From positions 349,943 through 413,942 of the forward strand of contig CAWAHW010000006.1 in assembly GCA_963781885.1 (NCBI GenBank): a stretch of DNA of 64,000 nt. The letters run 5' to 3'. Source of the DNA: an uncultured Spirochaetota bacterium (GTDB lineage Bacteria; Spirochaetota; Spirochaetia; SZUA-6; Fen-1364). Of this stretch, positions 57,674 through 64,000 are shown one piece after another. The notes beneath the pieces are model-generated. The model saw only the letters and a list, made by a program, of their open reading frames with translations. It was not told the DNA's origin and ran no database searches. Position numbers and translations under genes: made by a program. Each line of letters begins with the position of its first letter. Positions within the stretch are counted from its first letter, which is position 1.

Positions 57674-58384
57674 GCCGGCCTCTTTCTGCATGGTCTTCCA
57701 TTTTTCCATGACGGCGTTCCACAGCGGCTCATCCGGCGGGTCCGCCGTGATGTGAAGGGGCCCGCCCCGGACGGGGTGCACGAAAGATGCGCTCCGCGCG
57801 TGGAGGTGGATGCCCCCGCCGGGATTGGATCGCGCGGCGCCGTATTTCAGGTCGCCCTTGATGTGACAGCCAATGGCGGCAAGCTGCGCCCTGATCTGGT
57901 GGTGCCTCCCGGTGTGGAGCTCGATTTCCAGGAGATGGTAGCGATCGAGGCTGAGGAGCAGCCGGTAATCCAGGAGCGCCTCGCGCGCGCCCTCTGCCGG
58001 GCCGGGCACGACCCAGGATTTGTTCTGCGCGGGGTTGCGCCGCAGCCAGTGCCGAAGGCTCCCGGATTCCTCCGGCGGGCGCTCGGCCACGACGGCCCAG
58101 TAGATCTTTTGCACGCCGCCCTCGCGGAAAAGCGCGCTCATGCGCTGCAGCGCCTTTTCCGTCCGCGCGAAGATCACCACGCCGCTCGTCGGTCTGTCCA
58201 GTCGGTGGGGAATGCCGAGGAACACGTTCCCGGGCTTGTCGTATTTTTCACGGATGTAGGCGCGCACCTGGTCGGCAAGGGTCTCGTCGCCGGTCTTGTC
58301 CGACTGGACGATGTCCGCGGGCCGCTTGTTCACGGCGATGATGTGGTTGTCCTCGAAGAGGATGATCGGCGCGCGCGCGGCCAT
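57662..58384 (-). CDS. RluA-family RNA pseudouridine synthase
   Basis: ED......NK, HRLDRPTSG, TGRHHQIR, GDLKYG, LHA. Confidence 0.92.
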   Translation of the reverse strand: MAARAPIILFEDNHIIAVNKRPADIVQSDKTGDETLADQVRAYIREKYDKPGNVFLGIPHRLDRPTSGVVIFARTEKALQRMSALFREGGVQKIYWAVVAERPPEESGSLRHWLRRNPAQNKSWVVPGPAEGAREALLDYRLLLSLDRYHLLEIELHTGRHHQIRAQLAAIGCHIKGDLKYGAARSNPGGGIHLHARSASFVHPVRGGPLHITADPPDEPLWNAVMEKWKTMQKEAGSFL

Positions 58385-58474
58385 ACGGTGTCCCGCCACC
58401 TGTATAGCCCGGAGCCGCGCGCGCGTGAAGGGCCGTCGGGGAATGCCCACGGCGCAACGGCCCGCCGCAGTTTC

Positions 58475-58858
58475 CTACGGACGCTGGTCCTTTGCGGCCG
58501 GAACGAACTTCAGCGACAGGGAGTTGACGCAGTGGCGGGTGTTCTTCGGCGTGTAGCGCTCGCCGAGAAAAACGTGCCCGAGATGCGCCCCGCAGGCGAC
58601 GCAGGTGATCTCCGTGCGGTCCCCGTCGGCGTCAGTGGTCCGGCGCACGGCGCCGGGCAGCTCGTCGTCGAAGCTGGGCCAGCCGCAGTGCGAATCGAAC
58701 TTGTCCTCCGACCGGTAAAGAGGCGCCTCGCAGCGGCGACACATGTAGGTGCCTGCCGCCTTCGTGGAGACGTACTCCCCCGAATAGGGTCGCTCGGTGC
58801 CCTTGTAAACGATGATCCGCTCCTCCTCGGGGCTGAGCGGGTTGAGCTTTGCTTTCAT
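58475..58858 (-). CDS. msrB: Methionine-R-sulfoxide reductase
   Basis: GTERP, CxxC, KFDS.CGWPSF, HLGHVF, RHCVNS. Confidence 0.95.
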   Translation of the reverse strand: MKAKLNPLSPEEERIIVYKGTERPYSGEYVSTKAAGTYMCRRCEAPLYRSEDKFDSHCGWPSFDDELPGAVRRTTDADGDRTEITCVACGAHLGHVFLGERYTPKNTRHCVNSLSLKFVPAAKDQRP

Positions 58859-58977
58859 GGCACCGACCAATGTCCGAACGATTCGCGCCGGGGTCAAGCG
58901 CGCCGCGGCGCGACCGTTCCGGTCGCGGCCGCAACTTCCGGGTGGCTGCCCGGTCCGGCTTCGTGTATCCTTGCCGC

Positions 58978-59841
58978 ATGAGCGACGACAACACGGCATG
59001 GACGCGTGACTACCGGCGCATCGAGCGCGCCATCGCCTTCATCGAGGGAAACCGTGAGCGCCGACCGGATCTCGCGGAGATCGCGCAGGCCGCGGGACTC
59101 AGCGAGTTCCATTTCCAGCGCCTCTTCAGCCGCATGGTGGGCATCAGCCCGAAGAAATACGAGCAGTACCTCACGAAGGAAGCGGCGAAGGCCCTCCTGG
59201 ACGAATCGGAGAACGTCCTCGATTCCTCGCTCGACGTGGGGCTTTCAGGTCCCGGACGGCTTCATGATCTTTTCGTCACCTGCGAGGCGGTGACCCCTGG
59301 CGAGTACAAGAGCCGCGGGCAGGGGCTCACCATCCGCTACGGATTCCACCCCACGCCCTTTGGCGAGGCGATGCTGGCCGTGACGGAGCGGGGCATCTGC
59401 GCGCTTTTCTTCGCCGCAGAGGGTGCGCGCGACGACGTGCGCGACCGGCTGCGGGCGGACTGGAGCAACGCGCGCTGCATCCCCGATCCCGACGCCACCG
59501 GCGATATCGTGCGGCGCATCTTCGCTCCCGCATCGTCGGCAAAGGCCCCGCTCACGCTGTACCTGCGCGGCACCAATTTCCAGATCAAGGTCTGGGAGGC
59601 TTTGCTCTCCATCCCCCCGGGGAATCTCAGCACGTACGAGCGGATCGCGCGCAGCATCGGTCACCCGGATGCGCTGCGCGCCGTGGGTTCCGCGGTGGGA
59701 CGCAACCCGGTGGCCTTCGTCATCCCGTGCCACAGGGTCATCCGGAAAGACGGCGGGATGGGCGGCTATCACTGGGGCGTGGAGCGCAAGAGGCTGATCC
59801 TGGCCTGGGAATCAGGGAGGGCGGTCGCCGCGGCGGGATAG
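58978..59841 (+). CDS. AraC-HTH fused methylated-DNA-protein-cysteine methyltransferase (Ada-like)
   Basis: LS.FHFQRLF...GISPK, GT.FQ..VW..L, IPCHRVI. Confidence 0.9.
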   Translation: MSDDNTAWTRDYRRIERAIAFIEGNRERRPDLAEIAQAAGLSEFHFQRLFSRMVGISPKKYEQYLTKEAAKALLDESENVLDSSLDVGLSGPGRLHDLFVTCEAVTPGEYKSRGQGLTIRYGFHPTPFGEAMLAVTERGICALFFAAEGARDDVRDRLRADWSNARCIPDPDATGDIVRRIFAPASSAKAPLTLYLRGTNFQIKVWEALLSIPPGNLSTYERIARSIGHPDALRAVGSAVGRNPVAFVIPCHRVIRKDGGMGGYHWGVERKRLILAWESGRAVAAAG

Positions 59842-59907
59842 CCCCGCGTCCGGGGATCAGCGTGGTGAGGGTCGCCTTGAATCGCGCTGCGCCTTCCCGC
59901 TATCCTC

Positions 59908-61311
59908 ATGGCCTCTATGAAACGAAAAGACCATTCCCGGTTGATCGCCCATCTGGCGGCAGAGTACGAACGCCATTCGCCGAGGTCGGCGGCACTCCAG
60001 GCGGAGGCCCTCCGGGTCCTCATCGACGGCGGAAGCCATACCATCCGGCTCCTGCGGCCCTTTCCCCCGCGCATTGTCTCCGCTCACGGGGCATACGTCA
60101 CGGATGAGGACGGCCACGAGATACTGGATTTCTGGCAGGGGCACTACGCGAACATACTCGGGCACAACCCCCCGGTCATCACGAGCGCGCTGGCGCGCGG
60201 GTTCCAGGAGGGATTCGGGCTGCAGACGGGATTCACCGACGCCCTCCAGGTCCGGGCGGCGGAAATCCTCTGCGCGCGCACGGGGCACGAGCGCGTGCGC
60301 TTCACCTCCAGCGGCTCTCTTGCCACGATGTACGCCACGTTCCTCGCGCGCGCGTTCACCGGACGCGAGCTCGTCATGAAGGTGGGGGGCGGCTGGCACG
60401 GCGCGCAGCCCTGGGGGCTGGTCGGCGTCGACTATCACGCCGAGGACGCGGCAAGCTTCGCGCACGTCGAGAGCAAGGGGCTTCCGCGCGACACCGAACG
60501 GCAGGTGATCGTCACGCGTTTCAACGATGTCGCCCTGCTGACAGAGCTCTTCCGCACGCACGGCAACCGCGTGGCCTGCTTCATCTTCGAGCCTTTCCTC
60601 GGCTCGGGGGGATGCCTGCCTGCCTCCCGCGCGTACCTGCGCGCCGCGCGCGAGCTCTGCACCCGGCACGGCGCGCTCCTCATTTTCGACGAGGTGATCG
60701 CCGGCTTCCGGTTCTGCGCCGGAAGCGCGTCGCTGCTCTTCGGCATCTCTGCCGATCTTGCCACCTACGCGAAGGTGATGGGCGGTGGCATGCCCGTGGC
60801 AGCGGTCGCCGGGCGCGCCGACGTGATGGCGCTGGCGGGGCGCGGGGGGGCGGTGAAGTTCTCCGGCGGCACCTACTCCTGCCACCCGGCGTCGCTCGCG
60901 GCATCGCGCGCCATGATGGAGCACCTGGTCCGGGAAGAGGCCGCGCTCTACCCGCGCCTGGCGGCGCTGGGGGAAAAGGCGCGGCGGACCGTGGAAAAGG
61001 CATTTGCCGCGGCAGGCATCGTTGCACAGTGCAGCGGTGACGGCAACGACGCCATTCCCGGCAGCTCCATGTCGGCCGTGCATTTCCCCTTCGAGCCGGA
61101 GACGCTCTGCACGTCGCCCGAGCAGACGCGCAACCCCGGCGTCTGCGACGTGGAGCTTGCCGACACGGTCGTTCAGCTTGCCCTCCTGCTCGATGACGTG
61201 TTCGTCATGCACGGGCTGGGTGCGGTGAGCGCCGCGCACACGGAAAAGGACATCGAGCGGCTGGGCGACGCGTGCGAGCGGGCGGCCCGACGCATCGCCG
61301 CCTCTGCATAG
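59908..61311 (+). CDS. Class III PLP aminotransferase (glutamate-1-semialdehyde mutase-like)
   Basis: D.DG....D, LGH, LIFDEV..GFR, K..GGGMP, GGT...P. Confidence 0.8.
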   Translation: MASMKRKDHSRLIAHLAAEYERHSPRSAALQAEALRVLIDGGSHTIRLLRPFPPRIVSAHGAYVTDEDGHEILDFWQGHYANILGHNPPVITSALARGFQEGFGLQTGFTDALQVRAAEILCARTGHERVRFTSSGSLATMYATFLARAFTGRELVMKVGGGWHGAQPWGLVGVDYHAEDAASFAHVESKGLPRDTERQVIVTRFNDVALLTELFRTHGNRVACFIFEPFLGSGGCLPASRAYLRAARELCTRHGALLIFDEVIAGFRFCAGSASLLFGISADLATYAKVMGGGMPVAAVAGRADVMALAGRGGAVKFSGGTYSCHPASLAASRAMMEHLVREEAALYPRLAALGEKARRTVEKAFAAAGIVAQCSGDGNDAIPGSSMSAVHFPFEPETLCTSPEQTRNPGVCDVELADTVVQLALLLDDVFVMHGLGAVSAAHTEKDIERLGDACERAARRIAASA

Positions 61312-61388
61312 GTGTGCGGGCGGCAGTGGAATTGGCGCCATCGGGGGCTATGATTGGCGGGTATGCAGTGACATCAGGAGGTGCACGC

Positions 61389-61895
61389 ATGAGAAGGGTT
61401 CTGATGGTGCTCGCGGTTGCCTTGCTCCCGGCCATGGCGTTTGCCGATTTCCAGATCGGCGGCGTCGGCATGTACACGGGTGACGTCACGACGATCTCCA
61501 CCGCAGGCATCGGTCTTTCGGATTTCACCTTCGGCGCGGAAGCGCGCCTGAAGCTCGGTTTTTTGCAGGGCGGTGCGAGCCTGCTTTACTATCCCGGCGC
61601 GAGCTACAGCTCGATCCTTGCCCTCGCGGACGTCGGCGTTTCGCTGGACGTTGCGATCTTCCGGCTCGGCGTCGGCCTCGGTCCGAACATCGCCGTCAAT
61701 CTCGGCGGCGCCGCTGCGACGCCGTCGAATGTGGGCCTCAACCTCAAGCTTTCCACCGACGTGAACCTGGGCAGCCTCTCGATTGGGCTCGTCGGCTTCT
61801 ATTATCTGGACGATTTCTCCGATTTCTCCAGCCTCGGGACGATTTTCACCCGGCTGCCCTGGATCGGGGTCACCGCGATGGTGAGGCTTTTCTGA
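61389..61895 (+). CDS. Small signal-peptide beta-strand protein, putative outer-membrane beta-barrel (paralog A)
   Basis: Signal ending AFA-DFQIG, alternating hydrophobic strands, terminal Phe; AGGAGG RBS. Confidence 0.6.
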   Translation: MRRVLMVLAVALLPAMAFADFQIGGVGMYTGDVTTISTAGIGLSDFTFGAEARLKLGFLQGGASLLYYPGASYSSILALADVGVSLDVAIFRLGVGLGPNIAVNLGGAAATPSNVGLNLKLSTDVNLGSLSIGLVGFYYLDDFSDFSSLGTIFTRLPWIGVTAMVRLF

Positions 61896-61914
61896 GGCGT
61901 GTGCCGTTCCCGCG

Positions 61915-61949
61915 AAAAGCCGGCGATTTCACCTGCGGGCGGCTTTTTT
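61915..61949 (+). terminator. Rho-independent terminator
   Basis: AAAAGCCG...CGGCTTTTTT. Confidence 0.6.
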
Positions 61950-62016
61950 AGGTTGAAAAGGGGCATCGTGCGATATACACTCTTAGGTGCACGTTTAACT
62001 GAAGAGGAGGAACTAC

Positions 62017-62529
62017 TTGAAAAAAACAATCATCGTGCTGGTACTTCTGGCGGCACTCATTCCGGCCGCGGCGTTCGCCGATTTCCAGATTGGGGCGGTG
62101 GCCCTTCTTCCCGGCGCCACGATAGGCGACCTGGCCGCCAACAACTCGCCCGGCATCTCAGCCAGCGATCTTGCGTATGGGCTTGAGGCGCGCCTGAAGC
62201 TGTGGATTTTCCAGGTGAGCGCGTCCGCATTTTACATGCCTTACTACGAAACGGCCTACATCTTTACCGATGGCGGATTGTCGTTCAATATTCTCTTTTT
62301 CCGCCTGGGCGCGGGAATAGGACCGACAATTGCGGCGGATACCCAGGGCGGTGGAAGCACCCCCATCGGCTGGAACATGAAGGCCACGTTTGACATCAAC
62401 CTGGGGAACCTCGGCATAGGGCTTATCGGCTATACGCCAATCGACAGCCTCAGCGACATCGGCTCGACGCTCAGCAATTATCTGAACAACACGTATCTGG
62501 GCGTGACCCTGATGTTCAAGCTCTTCTAG
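62017..62529 (+). CDS. Small putative outer-membrane beta-barrel (paralog B)
   Basis: TTG start with a GAGGAGG RBS; shares FADFQIG, EARLKL, FRLG.G.GP and GVT...LF with the upstream gene. Confidence 0.6.
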   Translation: MKKTIIVLVLLAALIPAAAFADFQIGAVALLPGATIGDLAANNSPGISASDLAYGLEARLKLWIFQVSASAFYMPYYETAYIFTDGGLSFNILFFRLGAGIGPTIAADTQGGGSTPIGWNMKATFDINLGNLGIGLIGYTPIDSLSDIGSTLSNYLNNTYLGVTLMFKLF

Positions 62530-62545
62530 AGATCTTCTTCCGAAT

Positions 62546-62576
62546 AAAAAGGCCTGCCGCGCGCAGGCCTTTTTTT
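62546..62576 (+). terminator. Rho-independent terminator
   Basis: AAAAAGGCCTGC-CGCGC-GCAGGCCTTTTTTT. Confidence 0.85.
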
Positions 62577-62617
62577 GTTTGACACGGCGGCCTCACCGCC
62601 GCTACCGTAGCGTCACA

Positions 62618-63994
62618 ATGTCAATCACGTGCACTCCGGACCAAGCGGAAAGACTTGGCAGGGCGATTCGCTTTCGCACCGTCACCATCACCACGGAGAA
62701 CCCGGCGTCGGACCCACGCTATGCCGAGTTCACCGGCTTCCTGGCGTTTCTCCGCAAGGAGTACCCCCGCGCGGCGGCGTCGCTCGCGTGGGAACAGCTC
62801 GGCGACGTGGCGCTCCTGCTCACCTGGAAACCCTCCGTCGATGACGGCCTGCCGGCCATGCTTTTCTACGGCCACTTCGACGTCGTGCCCGCCGGTGACG
62901 AATCTGCCTGGACCCGGCCGCCTTTTGGCGGACAGGTTGCGGACGGCTTCATCTGGGGGCGTGGAACGCTCGACGACAAGAACATCGTCATGGCGCTCAT
63001 GGAGACGGTGGAGTCGCTCCTGGCAGGCGGCTTCACGCCCGCGCGGACCGTTTACATCGCGCTCGGGGGCGATGAGGAGGACGCGGGCCGGCATGGCGCG
63101 GGTGAAATCGCACGGGTGCTTGCCGCGCGCGGCGTGCGCCTGGCATGCGTGTTCGACGAAGGCTCGGTCATCTCGGACCGCATCATTTCCTTCATCACGC
63201 GCCCCCTGGCGATGATCGGCGTCGCGGAGAAGGGATTCGCCAATATCGAGGTGAGGGTGGCAGGTGCGGCCGGTCACAGCTCGATGCCGGGACGCGGGAC
63301 CGCTGCCGGCGCGCTTTCCCGTGCCCTCGCGGCCATTGAAAAAAAGCGCTTTCCGCCGCGTCTCACACCCGTCGTCGCGCGCTTTTTCGCCGCCATCGCG
63401 CCGCAGGCGCGGGGCGGCATCGGCATTGCCCTGCGCCTCCTGCGGCCGCTGTGGTTCCTCCTGCGCGGCGCGCTCACGGCCGATTCCTCGGTGGATGCCC
63501 TCCTGCGGACGACGCAGGCAGTCACGATACTCCGCTCCGGCGAGGTGCCCAACGTTATCCCCGACGACGCCCGCGCCATCGTCAACGTGCGTCTCCTGCC
63601 CGGGGATACGACGGAAGGCGTGCGCGCGCGCATCGAAAGGGTCGCCCGGCGCGCGGTTCCCCGGCCCTTCACCCCGGAGGTCGGCTTCTTCGCGCACGCG
63701 ACCCAGAACGAGCCCGTGAGCTCGGCGCGCATGGATCCTGCGCTCTGGAAGGCAGTGGCGGAATCCGTGCTCCTGGTGGAGCCCGACGCCATCATCGCGC
63801 CTTTCCTCGTCGTCGGCACGACGGATTCCCACCACTTCGTCGCCGTCACCGATGCTATCGTTCGGTTCATGCCGACTCTGCTCACCTCTCAAGACGTGGC
63901 GCGCCTCCACGGCGTGGACGAACGCATATCGCTTGAGAACTACGGCCGCATGATCGCCTATTACGCGAATGTCATGCGGCTGACGGCGGGGTGA
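62618..63994 (+). CDS. M20-family metallopeptidase/amidohydrolase
   Basis: H.DVVP, GRGTLDDK, DEE, DEG, EKG, GHSS.P, G.TDS, HG.DE. Confidence 0.9.
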   Translation: MSITCTPDQAERLGRAIRFRTVTITTENPASDPRYAEFTGFLAFLRKEYPRAAASLAWEQLGDVALLLTWKPSVDDGLPAMLFYGHFDVVPAGDESAWTRPPFGGQVADGFIWGRGTLDDKNIVMALMETVESLLAGGFTPARTVYIALGGDEEDAGRHGAGEIARVLAARGVRLACVFDEGSVISDRIISFITRPLAMIGVAEKGFANIEVRVAGAAGHSSMPGRGTAAGALSRALAAIEKKRFPPRLTPVVARFFAAIAPQARGGIGIALRLLRPLWFLLRGALTADSSVDALLRTTQAVTILRSGEVPNVIPDDARAIVNVRLLPGDTTEGVRARIERVARRAVPRPFTPEVGFFAHATQNEPVSSARMDPALWKAVAESVLLVEPDAIIAPFLVVGTTDSHHFVAVTDAIVRFMPTLLTSQDVARLHGVDERISLENYGRMIAYYANVMRLTAG

Positions 63995-64000
63995 GGGGAG

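Noticed and set aside
59908-61311. hemL gene symbol
   Set aside because: GSA-like but diverged (SSGSLATM, GGWHG in place of the usual NSGTEA, G.YHG) and not in a tetrapyrrole context; left as class III aminotransferase.

Overview
High-GC bacterial chromosome segment with no rRNA, tRNA, CRISPR array, transposase or prophage gene. A Spirochaetota origin is inferred from cheX, a Borrelia-like mevalonate gene set and small tandem outer-membrane-like proteins. At least eight genes carry small frameshifts, mostly +1, that look like uncorrected long-read errors. In order the window holds: housekeeping genes (Rsm22-like methyltransferase, PduO-type adenosyltransferase with a flavin reductase, acs); a lipid locus (MMPL, GNAT protein resembling bacterial ceramide synthase, three NAD-dependent epimerase/reductases, PlsC-type acyltransferase, CPBP protease); a mevalonate pathway from HMG-CoA synthase to IDI-2 plus a polyprenyl synthase; a metallophosphoesterase and HipA/PI3K-like kinase pair; five tandem, divergent paralogs of an unrecognised ~230-aa cytoplasmic domain facing a divergent TM-LysM gene (best candidate for an undescribed system); a sigma54-driven chemosensory operon with no MCP (CheY, CheX, CheA-CheC fusion, CheD, CheR, CheB, ComFB, REC-HD-GYP, CheW, HEAT-like adenylate cyclase, two kinases); and a Cys-rich MarR-hgcA-hgcB mercury-methylation operon. 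A short hairpin repeat family (GTGGC-ATTYCSGCR-GCCAC) sits both between genes and in-frame inside protein linkers, in both orientations. All calls come from reading motifs by eye; no database search was run.
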